A DNA stretch of 64,000 nucleotides from an uncultured Coriobacteriaceae bacterium. Its GTDB lineage: Bacteria > Actinomycetota > Coriobacteriia > Coriobacteriales > Coriobacteriaceae. The notes under the pieces are model-generated. The model was not told where the DNA came from and did no database searches. It saw nothing but the letters and a program-made list of their open reading frames with translations. The translations under genes and the position numbers were made by a program. The stretch's first letter is position 1, and every line of letters begins with the position of its first letter. Location: NCBI GenBank assembly GCA_944319885.1, contig CALUFC010000011.1:327-64326 (forward strand), in the 5' to 3' direction. Positions 28,729 through 38,291 of the stretch are shown here, piece after piece.

Positions 28729-30949
28729 TATGCGTCGACTCGAGTGCATGCTCCACGCGCTCGTTCAACCGCGCCGCGCGTTTGCGCAGGGCGAGTCCAA
28801 GCACGAGCGTCGGTACGAGATAGCTGGCAAGCAGGGCGAGCTCGATCCAGAAGTCGTTGCCGTAGAGGCCAAACATGGCGGCGCGCATGGCGCCCTCGGC
28901 ATGTACGAACGGAAGCCAAGGGTAGATAGCTTGGAACGGCGTCGGCAGCATTTGAGGTGGGAACGTGCCGCCCGCGCCCGCTACCTGCATCACCATGAGG
29001 ATCACGGCGACCGCTTTTCCCACATCGCCGAAGGTGGCGGCAAGCGCGAAGATGATGTTCACGAACACGATCGAGGTAGCGCAGCCGGCAAGTAAAAAGA
29101 GCGCGGGGTGTACGCATTGGACGCCGAGATACCATAGGTCGCCCGCGCAGATGATGAGCGCCTGCGCGATGCCGAGCATGCAGAAGAACGCAAGCCTGCC
29201 CAGGTACGCTTGACGTTCGTTGCAGCCTGTCTCAGCGAGCGCGCGCGTGCTCGGGGTGGTTTTGACCAGCGCTGCGAGCACCACGCCGCCAATCCAGATC
29301 GAAAGGACCGTGTAAAACGGTGCCATGGCCGAGCCGTTGTTTTCGACAGGGAAGACGGCATGGCGATCCATCTCGACCGGCTGGGACACGAACGCGCCGA
29401 GCGCATTGGGGGTTGCAGCGAGGATGGCGCGCACCTCATCCATGTTGGAGGACGCAAGCGCCTCGTCGAGCTGCGTTTGCAGGTCTGAGAGCCGCGTGGC
29501 GCCGCCCTCAAGATCGTCGGCAGTCGCGGCGAGGGTTGATGCCGCGTCGGAGAGCTGGGTGCGCGCTCCGGTGATGACCTGGTTGGCGGCAGACATGGCG
29601 CTATCGGCGTCATCGAGCAGCGCGTCGATGTTCTCGGCGGCGCTGTCGATATCGTTTGCGAGATTCGTGAGGGTGCCCTTGAGCGAGGTGTCGTAGGTGC
29701 TCCGCGCGTCCTCGAGGTTCGTTGCCGCGGTGTCGACCATGCTGGCGAGCTGCGAACGGGCGTCTTCGGCATCGGTTGCGGCCTGTGCAAGGTCGCCAAT
29801 TGTTGTTTCGAGTCCGGTCGAAAGGTCCGTGAGCTCGGTGAGTATCGCTTCGATGCGGGTGTTCACGTTCTCAAGAGCGGTCCGTTCGGCGTGGACCGCC
29901 GCATAGGCCGGGGAATCCGCGGGGAGCGTTTGCTCGCGCTGTTCCAGCGCGGCTGCCTTATCCTCGAGTGCGGTCGAAACCTCCTCGAGTGTCGTGATGT
30001 ACTGGTCGATATCGCCTTTTGCTTCGCTGAGGGCATCCGAGAGATCGCTCGACTGAGCGCTTATGGTGTCAATGGCGCCGTCGATCGCCTGGCGCACCTC
30101 ATCGAGGTCATCAGATCCTGTTTGAAGCGCCGCATCGACGCCGGCGAGCGCGTCGTCGATGGTGCTGTCGAGGTCTGCGAGGCTCTCAGCGCTGTCGCGC
30201 AGATCGCTCGTCACGGTGCTGTTTGCAGTGAGGCCTCCTTCAAGCGCACCGGTACCGGTGCCGAGCAGCGCTTGCGAGGTGTCGATGATACCGGAGAAGG
30301 AGCGTGCCGTCCCGGATGCGTCGGTAAGGGTCTGGCTTGATCCTGCGAGCGCGTCATCGAGCTTCGCGGCCGCTTGCGCCAGCTGGTCATCGTCCATGAA
30401 AGAGGCGAGCTCGGCGAGGGCGCCGGCACCAACATCGGTAACGGCTTCAGAGAAGCTCCGGTCGATGTCGCGCTCCACGGCACTCGCCGCTTTGTTCGTG
30501 ACGATTTGCGCGATGGCATTCTCCTTCTGGTTTTGATAGAACGCGACCTGGGCTTGCTGCGGCGTGTCGCTCAGTGTGCTGAGCAAACAGGAGGAGAAGT
30601 TCTCGGGAATGATAACCGCGGCGTAATATGTGCCCGCGCGCACCCCTTCGAGCGCCTCTTCGCGCGAGGCGGCAACGTAGCCGATGGAATCCGAGCGCAT
30701 GAGGTTGGCGACAACGCGGTCGCCGAGGTTGAGCGCAACGGGTACGAGCTCGCTGGAATATCCCGCATCTTCGTTTGCCACGGCGATGTTGAGCGCGTCC
30801 GTGTTGCCATACGGGTCCCAGCTGCCCGCGATATTAAACCATGCGTAGAACGAGGGTACCACCATGATGCCCACGAGCACCACGATACCGATGGCGCTTG
30901 CCAGGGCATGGCGTGCGTCGCGACGGATGAGATCGACGATGTGCTTCAT
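28721..30949 (-). CDS. YhgE/Pip-domain membrane protein (743 aa), downstream paralog
   Basis: Inner ATG at 30949 (MKHIVDLIRRD...). The N-terminal TM + FYAWFNIAGSWDPYGNT motif, a long Ala/Asp/Leu/Ser-rich helical extracellular region and a C-terminal ABC-2-like TM bundle are all typical of YhgE/Pip. Confidence 0.8.
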   Translation of the reverse strand: MKHIVDLIRRDARHALASAIGIVVLVGIMVVPSFYAWFNIAGSWDPYGNTDALNIAVANEDAGYSSELVPVALNLGDRVVANLMRSDSIGYVAASREEALEGVRAGTYYAAVIIPENFSSCLLSTLSDTPQQAQVAFYQNQKENAIAQIVTNKAASAVERDIDRSFSEAVTDVGAGALAELASFMDDDQLAQAAAKLDDALAGSSQTLTDASGTARSFSGIIDTSQALLGTGTGALEGGLTANSTVTSDLRDSAESLADLDSTIDDALAGVDAALQTGSDDLDEVRQAIDGAIDTISAQSSDLSDALSEAKGDIDQYITTLEEVSTALEDKAAALEQREQTLPADSPAYAAVHAERTALENVNTRIEAILTELTDLSTGLETTIGDLAQAATDAEDARSQLASMVDTAATNLEDARSTYDTSLKGTLTNLANDIDSAAENIDALLDDADSAMSAANQVITGARTQLSDAASTLAATADDLEGGATRLSDLQTQLDEALASSNMDEVRAILAATPNALGAFVSQPVEMDRHAVFPVENNGSAMAPFYTVLSIWIGGVVLAALVKTTPSTRALAETGCNERQAYLGRLAFFCMLGIAQALIICAGDLWYLGVQCVHPALFLLAGCATSIVFVNIIFALAATFGDVGKAVAVILMVMQVAGAGGTFPPQMLPTPFQAIYPWLPFVHAEGAMRAAMFGLYGNDFWIELALLASYLVPTLVLGLALRKRAARLNERVEHALESTHIM

Positions 30950-30953
30950 AAGA

Positions 30954-33446
30954 TCACGCCCTTTCGGCGGAAACGGCAGCATGCTTGCCGCGAGCGTTGG
31001 CGGCATGAGCGCCTCGAGCGCGTTCATGCAGGTATTCCACGACGATGAGGTAGGTGCAGGTGCCCACGAGCGATGCGATCCACAGGATAAGCAGCGGCAG
31101 CTTCGCCGGCAGGATGAACAGGAGCGCCAACAGCGCGAGCGGTACGCCGGCGAGCACGGCAAGACCGCGTCGCACGAGGCGGGGGTAGGCGCGCTCGAAG
31201 CGCGTGGCGCGTGCGGGGTCGGCGAAGAGCGTTCCCGCGGCGAGGTGCTCTCCGGCGTGGATATGCTCCGAGACCATCAGGTCGGTGCGGGCGAGCGTAT
31301 GGTCGAACAGCGTGTTGATAGCCAGCAGCCGCTTGCGTGCACCCAAGCCGATGGCGAGCGCGGGCACGCAGAACATGAGGAGCGTCAGCAGGTTCGTGAG
31401 ATAGTAATCGCCATAGAATCCGGCGACGGCTTCGCGCATGGCATCGATGCCGTATGTGAAAGGCAGCCATGGATGGAGCGCTTGGAAGAAGCCCGGCATC
31501 ATCTCGATGGGGTAGGTGCCCGCAGCTCCCGGGATCTGTAGCACCACGAGCAGCACGCCGAGTGCCTTGCCGATATGTTTGAATGCCACGGCAAGGGAGT
31601 ACACGACGAGGACGTACGTGAGCGATGCCGCCATACCGGCGACGATGAAGGCGGCGGGCGAGACGCATTGCACGCCCAGCACCAGATCGCCTGTGCAGCA
31701 GATGATGGCCTGTGCTTGGCCGAGCACGGCAAGCAGCATCCAACGTCCCAGATACGCCTGCCAAGGGCGCACGCGGCCCATGCCCTCGGTGTCGACTTCC
31801 AGCTTGTAGATGGTGACGAGTACGAAGCCGCCCACCCAGAGCGCCAGGTTGGTGTAGAACGGGGCAACACCCGAGCCGTAGTTCGCGACGGGAAAGACCG
31901 CCTGCATCGCCACATCAACCGGCGATGCAAGATGCTCGCCTAGGCGCTTGGGATCGAGCTGGACGAGGTCTTGCAGCGCGCGCATCGCCTGCGAGCTTTG
32001 CAGCGCGTCGACATCGCCTGCCAGCGTGCCGATGCGTTCGCTGGCCGCTGAGAGGGTTGCTGAGACGTCATCGATGGTCGTCTCGGTTTGTCCGAGCACA
32101 TCATCGAGCTGTTGGAGCAGGGAGCTCGCCTGGTCTGCCGCGGGGGCGAGCGCTCCGAGCGATCCTGTTGCCTGGCCGCCCATCTCGGCGAAGGTGTCCA
32201 GCGCGCTCGATACGCCCGGCAGCGCCGAGCTGGAAAGTTGGCCCTCGAGGCCGGTGAGGCTTGAAGAGCCGTTTTGAATCGCATCGGCGACCGAGGTGGT
32301 GAGCCCGCGTGTGGTGTCGGATGCTGCCTTGATGTCGTCCGAAAGCTGTTGGAGGCGATCGAGATGTTCCTGCTGGGCCTTAAGGAGCTTCTCGAGGGCG
32401 TCGATTTGGTCGCCGAGGCCTGCGTTGTCGCCGGACGACGTCTCACCGCCTTGGTTCATGCTCTTGAGTGAGGTAAGCATGTCTTCCATCGTGGCGTTGA
32501 GAGCTTTGACCTGCGCGATCGTGCCGTCGAGCTTTCCTTGCGCCCAGCCCACGTCTCCCGCCAGCGCACCGATATCGTATGCAGCGGTCGACGAGATGCC
32601 GGCGATCTCGCCCGCGCCCGCGCTCATCGCTTGGGTGAGCTGGCCAGCGAGCGTCTGTGCGCCTGTGCGGGCTGTCGCGAGCTCGTCGAGCGCGCCGTCA
32701 AGCGTCTGCGCAAGACTCGTGGTTTGGTCTCCCATATCGGCAAGGGAGGTGCGGGCGCTGCTGATGGCGGCGCGGGATGTCGCGATGGTGTCGTCCATGT
32801 CGGCCAGCGATGTCACGAGCTCTGAGAGCGATGAGCTCGTATCGTGCAGGGTCTGGGCGGCGCTTGCCCCGGCCGCGACCGCGCCGTTGTGCGTTTGCGC
32901 CGCCGCTCCCGAGAGCTTCTCGGCCGCTATCTCGCCCACCGTGCGCGTGAACTCCTCCGAGATCTGGCTTTCGAGCTCGGTCGCGCCGGTGTCGGTCACC
33001 TTGGGCGCGATGGCATTGGCCTTCTCGTTCACGTAGTAGGCGATCTTTGCCGGTTCCGCCTTGCCGTCGAGTACGCCGGCAAGTGTTGCCGTGAAGTCGC
33101 GAGGGATGATGAACGCCGCATAGCTGCGCCCCGACTCCACGTCTTCGCGCGCCGCATCCTCCGAATCCGCGAATGTCCACGCAAGCTGATGGTTTTCCTC
33201 CAAGCGTTCGCGTACGAGCTCGCCGGCGTTCATCTGCCCCATGCCGGGGATCTCGGCGCCCTCGTCTTCGATGACAACGCTAACCGGCACGGTGGCGGTA
33301 TTGGCGTAAGGATCCCAGTTGGCAAGGATGTTGATCCAGGCATAGAGTGAGGGGATGAGGCACACGCCGATCATGATGATGACGGCGGCGGGGTTGTGCA
33401 GGATGCGATTGAGATCCCGGATGAAGATGCGCGCAGCGGTACCCAT
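30954..33446 (-). CDS. YhgE/Pip-domain membrane protein (830 aa), upstream paralog
   Basis: The ATG at 33446 is preceded by ggaagg. It has the same architecture (LYAWINILANWDPYANT). Its stop lies 4 nt from the start of the downstream paralog. Confidence 0.8.
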   Translation of the reverse strand: MGTAARIFIRDLNRILHNPAAVIIMIGVCLIPSLYAWINILANWDPYANTATVPVSVVIEDEGAEIPGMGQMNAGELVRERLEENHQLAWTFADSEDAAREDVESGRSYAAFIIPRDFTATLAGVLDGKAEPAKIAYYVNEKANAIAPKVTDTGATELESQISEEFTRTVGEIAAEKLSGAAAQTHNGAVAAGASAAQTLHDTSSSLSELVTSLADMDDTIATSRAAISSARTSLADMGDQTTSLAQTLDGALDELATARTGAQTLAGQLTQAMSAGAGEIAGISSTAAYDIGALAGDVGWAQGKLDGTIAQVKALNATMEDMLTSLKSMNQGGETSSGDNAGLGDQIDALEKLLKAQQEHLDRLQQLSDDIKAASDTTRGLTTSVADAIQNGSSSLTGLEGQLSSSALPGVSSALDTFAEMGGQATGSLGALAPAADQASSLLQQLDDVLGQTETTIDDVSATLSAASERIGTLAGDVDALQSSQAMRALQDLVQLDPKRLGEHLASPVDVAMQAVFPVANYGSGVAPFYTNLALWVGGFVLVTIYKLEVDTEGMGRVRPWQAYLGRWMLLAVLGQAQAIICCTGDLVLGVQCVSPAAFIVAGMAASLTYVLVVYSLAVAFKHIGKALGVLLVVLQIPGAAGTYPIEMMPGFFQALHPWLPFTYGIDAMREAVAGFYGDYYLTNLLTLLMFCVPALAIGLGARKRLLAINTLFDHTLARTDLMVSEHIHAGEHLAAGTLFADPARATRFERAYPRLVRRGLAVLAGVPLALLALLFILPAKLPLLILWIASLVGTCTYLIVVEYLHERARGAHAANARGKHAAVSAERA

Positions 33447-33468
33447 GCTGACCTTCCGATTCGTATCT

Positions 33469-33485
33469 GTTGACAATATGTCAAC
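33469..33485. promoter_or_regulatory. Inverted repeat GTTGACA-ata-TGTCAAC in the divergent yhgE / pip intergenic region
   Basis: 7-bp perfect arms, each containing the TTGACA hexamer, 23 nt upstream of the yhgE-like start. Confidence 0.4.
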
Positions 33486-33674
33486 CGGTCAGTATCTCCC
33501 ATGGAGCGCACGGGCATGCATACTTCAGCGAATCTTAAGAAAATCGCGAGCGATTCGTAAGCAACGCGCATGGGCATGCCGCGTTTTCATGCCAGGCTGC
33601 CATCGCGGCTTGCATGCAAGGCGAAGCGGGTAAGCTGGAGGATATCGGGTCAGCACGAACGCGAAGGAGTTGCC

Positions 33675-34568
33675 ATGGCGCGCATCACCGAAACCTATGT
33701 CGACTATGCTGGATTCAAGACCTACTGCAAGACCTTCACGCCCGATGAGCCCGTGGCGGGCAAGAAACCGCTGCTGGTGCTGCACGGTGGGCCGGGTATG
33801 TGTCACAACTACCTGCTCACCTATGGTCAGCTTGCCGATCGCGCGGGTCGCACCGTTGTCTTCTACGATCAGATTGGGTGCGGCAAGAGTGCCATTCCGC
33901 ATCAGGAAGACGAGTTCTACACCTACGAGCTGTGGATGGATGAGTTCTATGCGGTGCGCGAAGCACTGGGGCTCGACGACATCCACCTGTTCGGCAACTC
34001 ATGGGGCGGTATGCTGGGCTTGCTTTGCATGATGAAAGACGACGCCGGCGTGCGGTCGTTCGTGATCAACAGCTCGCCGGTCTACATTGACACCTGGCTC
34101 TCCGAGGCGCGTCGGCTCATCCAATATCTGCCTGCCGAGATGCAGGATGCACTCATGGAGGCGGAGCGCACCGGTGATTACACGACGCCTGCTGCTGCGG
34201 CGGCGGCCGACGAGTACTACAAGCGGCATGTGGTCGGCCTCTACGAGCGCGACTATCCTCAGGACGTGCTGGATTCCAATGCCGGTACCGGAGAGTGCTA
34301 CATGGTCATGCAGGGTGCGAGCGAGTTTGTCTGCACCGGCAAGATGAAGGATTGGGATATCCGCGAGGGCGTGAAGGGCATCCGCGTGCCGTGCATGGCG
34401 CTTTCCGGAACCGACGACGAGGGCACGCCCTACACCATCAAAGAGGGCGTTGACCTCATCCCGGGCTGCGAATGGACGCTCATCCAGGGCGCACCGCATA
34501 TGGCGAACCTCACGCATCCGGACGCCTGCCTCGATGCCGTCGAGCGCTTCATCAGTCGATTTGAGTAA
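33675..34568 (+). CDS. pip: Proline iminopeptidase (alpha/beta hydrolase)
   Basis: The ATG at 33675 follows gaaggag. Motifs LVLHGGPG and the nucleophile elbow GNSWGG. Confidence 0.85.
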   Translation: MARITETYVDYAGFKTYCKTFTPDEPVAGKKPLLVLHGGPGMCHNYLLTYGQLADRAGRTVVFYDQIGCGKSAIPHQEDEFYTYELWMDEFYAVREALGLDDIHLFGNSWGGMLGLLCMMKDDAGVRSFVINSSPVYIDTWLSEARRLIQYLPAEMQDALMEAERTGDYTTPAAAAAADEYYKRHVVGLYERDYPQDVLDSNAGTGECYMVMQGASEFVCTGKMKDWDIREGVKGIRVPCMALSGTDDEGTPYTIKEGVDLIPGCEWTLIQGAPHMANLTHPDACLDAVERFISRFE

Positions 34569-34640
34569 CATGGTGTGAACGTGGGCGATGCGGGCGCTCG
34601 TGATGGGTGCCCGCTTTCGCTGGGATACCGGAGAGATGGG

Positions 34641-35468
34641 ATGGGTATGCTCGATGCCAACATGCTGCAGGCACTTACGTGGGCCGCGCTTGGCTGCGGC
34701 TTCACGTGGCTTATGACGACAGCGGGCTCGGCCGTGGTGCTTCTCACTCGTCCCGATGCACGGGGAGATGCGCTCGCCAACCGCATCTTTCTGGGCTTCG
34801 CGGCCGGCGTGATGGTTGCGGCGAGCGTGTGGTCGCTGCTCAACCCCGCGATCGAGCAGGCGGAGGAGCTGGGGCAGATTGGCTGGATTCCCGCAGCGGG
34901 TGGATTTCTGTTAGGCGTGGCGTTCCTGATTGCGCTCGATACGCTGCTGCCTCATCTGCATGCCGACGCTCAAGATCCCGAGGGCATGCCCAGCAGCTGG
35001 AAGCGAACGACGCTGCTTGTCTCGGCGGTGACGCTCCACAACATTCCCGAGGGCATGAGCGTGGGGCTCCTTTTTGCGATGGCCTCGCAGACGCCGGGGG
35101 CGGCGGGCGAGTCGTATCTTGGGATGGCGTTTGCGCTCGCGCTCGGCATCGGGCTTCAGAACGCTCCCGAGGGCGCGGCGGTCTCGTTGCCGCTGCGACG
35201 CGAGGGATTCAGCCGTGCCAAGGCCTTCGCGGTGGGAAGCCTTTCGGGCATCGTCGAGCCCATTTTTGGCATCTTGGTGGTGCTCGTGAGCGGATGGATC
35301 GCTCCCTACATGCCATGGCTGCTCTCGTTTGCCGCGGGCGCGATGGTCTACGTGGTGGTCGAGGAGCTCATTCCCGAGGCTCATCTAGGTGAACATTCCA
35401 ATGTGGGCACGCTCGGCGTTATCGCGGGCTTCGTGGTGATGATGGTGCTCGATGTCGCGCTCGGATAG
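34641..35468 (+). CDS. ZIP-family divalent metal transporter (ZupT-like)
   Basis: TM-rich sequence with the HNIPEG and LQNAPEG signatures of ZIP transporters. The start choice is uncertain (34575 or 34641). Confidence 0.8.
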   Translation: MGMLDANMLQALTWAALGCGFTWLMTTAGSAVVLLTRPDARGDALANRIFLGFAAGVMVAASVWSLLNPAIEQAEELGQIGWIPAAGGFLLGVAFLIALDTLLPHLHADAQDPEGMPSSWKRTTLLVSAVTLHNIPEGMSVGLLFAMASQTPGAAGESYLGMAFALALGIGLQNAPEGAAVSLPLRREGFSRAKAFAVGSLSGIVEPIFGILVVLVSGWIAPYMPWLLSFAAGAMVYVVVEELIPEAHLGEHSNVGTLGVIAGFVVMMVLDVALG

Positions 35469-35508
35469 GTGCGATGGGCGTTGCGCTGCGGTGATGGGGG
35501 TATGCACG

Positions 35509-36591
35509 ATGCGGGGCGATTTCTTGAGCAGGCTGCCGCTCGCCCAGAGCGCCGTTGATTATGACGTGGAGCGGCGCAGTGAGGAGGGACTCATCGACCG
35601 GCTGCTCGATGATCCGGTGACGCGCGTCATGCTCGTGCACGAGGGCCTTGTGGCGGTTTCCAAGCAAGCGGCTGGTCGTGTGCCGGTGGCGCTCGATTGC
35701 GTTGCCGATCCGGCTGCCCCGCGCCCTGACGCCGAGCCGCCAGCAGAAACGATGACGCTTGCCTTGCTGGCAGCGCGCGATCTTCGCGATGCGGCGCGCT
35801 GTCGTGGATGCCTTTTCATCTATCTGGGCATCGACCGGGCGTGCGCGCCGGCGGTGCCGTATCTTGCGCTCGACATCACGCGGGCGCTCGATGCGCAGCT
35901 ACAGGGCGGGATGGGTGCCGATAGCGAGCTCGACGCGCAACAGCCGCCGCTCTTCCAGCGTCTGCTTGCGGCGTATGAATGGGTCGAGCTTCGCTCGTTC
36001 GCGCCATGCGCCTCGGTGCGTGATGCCGGACTTGCTACGAGCGCGGTTGCGGTGAGTATGTGGCACCACAGCCAGCGGTACTGCCCTGCATGCGGCTCGC
36101 CGGTGCGCCCCGCGCTTGCTGGATGGGCGCAGACCTGCACCAACCCCGAAGATGCGGATCGCCTGCTGTTTCCGCGAATTGAGCCGGCGGTCATTACCTC
36201 GATTATCGATGGACGCGAGCGCATCGTGCTGCAGCACAACACGGCGTGGCGCGACCGCTTTTACTCGGTTTCGGCGGGATTTGTCGAGGCGGGGGAGAGC
36301 TTGGAGCACGCCGTGCGACGAGAGGCGATGGAGGAGGTGGGAATCCCGCTTGGCGAGGTGCACTATCTGGGCTCGCAAGCGTGGCCGTTTCCCTCGTCGG
36401 TCATGCTGGGATTTACCGCGCGCGCAGTGAGCGACGAGATTCGCGTTGACCATGAGGAGGTTGCTGCTGCTCGATGGTTCAGCCGCGATGAGCTGGCCCG
36501 AGCGGTCGAAACCGGCGAGGTCATGCTGCCGGGTCGCGCGTCGATCGCGCGACATCTCATCGAGCATTGGTATGGCGGTCCGTTGGGTTGA
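35509..36591 (+). CDS. nudC: NAD(H) pyrophosphatase NudC-like Nudix hydrolase
   Basis: Zinc-ribbon Cys motif CPACGSP...C followed by a Nudix box (GFVEAGESLEHAVRREAMEEVG). The start is uncertain. Confidence 0.78.
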   Translation: MRGDFLSRLPLAQSAVDYDVERRSEEGLIDRLLDDPVTRVMLVHEGLVAVSKQAAGRVPVALDCVADPAAPRPDAEPPAETMTLALLAARDLRDAARCRGCLFIYLGIDRACAPAVPYLALDITRALDAQLQGGMGADSELDAQQPPLFQRLLAAYEWVELRSFAPCASVRDAGLATSAVAVSMWHHSQRYCPACGSPVRPALAGWAQTCTNPEDADRLLFPRIEPAVITSIIDGRERIVLQHNTAWRDRFYSVSAGFVEAGESLEHAVRREAMEEVGIPLGEVHYLGSQAWPFPSSVMLGFTARAVSDEIRVDHEEVAAARWFSRDELARAVETGEVMLPGRASIARHLIEHWYGGPLG

Positions 36592-36718
36592 GGTGGCTCA
36601 GGTTGTTGCACGCGCGACGGTTTGCCGGGCATGTGGGGCGCCCGCTCCGCGATGTCGGACATGCGGATTCGGCTGCGGCGGCTGCGGTAAGGTGCGACCA
36701 GGCTGCGAGGGAATACAA

Positions 36719-37009
36719 CTAGCGGCGCATGTAGAGCAGCGGGTAGGGACGGCCTTCCTCGTCGAGGTCCGTGCGCCGGTAGGTTGAGAACCCCATGTGT
36801 TCGTAGAAGCCCACGGCACCCGGATTCTGCTCGTTCACCGTGAGCTCGGTTACGCCGAGGTGTTCGATGCCGTAGGTGAGGACTATCTCCGCTTCTGTGA
36901 GAAACGCATGCGTAGCGCGTACGGAACGCTTCCATACAGAGACGAGGCATTCCGCAAGTTGTGGCGTACGGGCATCTGCCGATACGAGCTTTATCGTCTC
37001 ATCTGCCAT
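36719..37009 (-). pseudogene. YjaB-like GNAT acetyltransferase with an in-frame internal deletion of the acetyl-CoA-binding core
   Basis: 97 aa. The N-terminal part (VWKRSVRATHAFLTEAEI) joins directly to the C-terminal part (TVNEQNPGAVGFYEHMGF...GRPYPLLYM). About 50 aa, including the R/QxxGxG/A loop, are missing compared with E. coli YjaB as I recall it. Confidence 0.55.
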
Positions 37010-37361
37010 GGGGGGCCACCCCTTATCGGTCTCGTGGATGCTCGTCGATGTGGTCGCGAAGCATGGACGAGACACCATCATGGATCATGCGCTCTTAGCG
37101 TATCGTGTGCTCGGCGAATCTCCCGCTTGCTGGGGTGTTCAATCAGTAGGTTAGCACCGGGGCGGCACTCGATGGTGGCTGTGCACGATGAAGCCTGCGA
37201 TGCCGAGATAGCGCGCTTCTGGCGTCAGCTCTGCATGCTGGAGCTGCGCATATAGAGCACCTGAGCGGCAAAGAGGCCCAGGAGCTCGTGTAGGCACGTG
37301 GGTAAAGCGGTTTGATGTAAACGCATGCGGGTGGTGCCACGGCGCGCTCGCGCGCTACCTA

Positions 37362-38291
37362 TTATGCGGGGACCAGCTGCCCGATGGCGCTTGCCGCGTC
37401 CGCATCGATGAGGATGGAGCGTTCGGCGATCTGCGTGGGCGCGAATGCCTCACCGGGATTCATGCACGCGTAGGTGGCACGTGGGTTTTCTGCCGTCATG
37501 CGCCAGAACGGAAACTTGATGATGACCGGGGTGTTGCCGCCCACGCCGATTTCCAGATAGAGCACACGGTCGCCCCCGTGCCGAGCAAGGAAGTTTTGAC
37601 AGCGCGCTGCGGCGGCATGCCAGCCCTCGTCCTCCACGAAGGTGTCGTCCGAGCGCAGGTTCATGGCCATGGGCTTGCTGCAGACGGGGCAATGGGGGAT
37701 GAGCGATGAGGGGATGAAGCGCGCGGGCGCGCGGCCATCCGCAGGCTCCCGCAGGGTGCCGTCCGCGTCGATGCGCCACCCTTGCGCCTCGACCATCTGG
37801 CGCACGACTGCGAAATTGTCGTAGGTTGTGGCATGACAGGGCTCGCTGCACTGCCAGAGGCCGTAGTCTCCTTGGGTGTAGAAGAGGCGCTGTCTGTCGA
37901 AGCCGGCGCGCTGGAAGCAGTGGTCCACGTTGGTGGTGAGGACGAAGTAGTCTTTGCGTACCACGAGTGCGTGCAGCTGCTCATACAGGTCGCTCGGTAC
38001 CGGCGCGTACCGGTTGATCCAGATGTAGCGGCTCCAGTACGCCCAACGCTCCTCTTCAGAGGAGAAGGGGAAAAACCCGCCAGCGTACATGTTGGTAAAA
38101 CCGTGGCGTGCAGCGAAGTCGCCGAAGTAGCGCCGGAAGCGCTCGCCGGCGTAGGTGAGGCCCGCCGCGGTGGAGAGTCCCGCGCCCGCGCCGATGACCA
38201 TCGCGTCGCACGAGGTGAGCGCGTGCTCAAGACGTGCGAGCTCGGTTGAGGAGTTCCTGGTAGACGCACTCGTCACGGTCAGAGAAGACAT
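37362..38291 (-). CDS. SIR2-family protein resembling macrodomain-linked class-M sirtuins (SirTM, ADP-ribosyltransferase type)
   Basis: GAGAGLS NAD-binding motif, TTNVDH, YTQGDY, and a Cys4 zinc ribbon (CSEPC...CPVC). It overlaps the upstream macro gene by 65 nt. An alternative GTG start is at 38276. Confidence 0.72.
   Translation of the reverse strand: MSSLTVTSASTRNSSTELARLEHALTSCDAMVIGAGAGLSTAAGLTYAGERFRRYFGDFAARHGFTNMYAGGFFPFSSEEERWAYWSRYIWINRYAPVPSDLYEQLHALVVRKDYFVLTTNVDHCFQRAGFDRQRLFYTQGDYGLWQCSEPCHATTYDNFAVVRQMVEAQGWRIDADGTLREPADGRAPARFIPSSLIPHCPVCSKPMAMNLRSDDTFVEDEGWHAAAARCQNFLARHGGDRVLYLEIGVGGNTPVIIKFPFWRMTAENPRATYACMNPGEAFAPTQIAERSILIDADAASAIGQLVPA

Noticed and set aside
35509-37361. 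NudC and the GNAT remnant as functional parts of the SirTM-macro system
   Set aside because: NudC is convergent and separated by a decayed gene. Adjacency alone is weak evidence. It is mentioned only as context.
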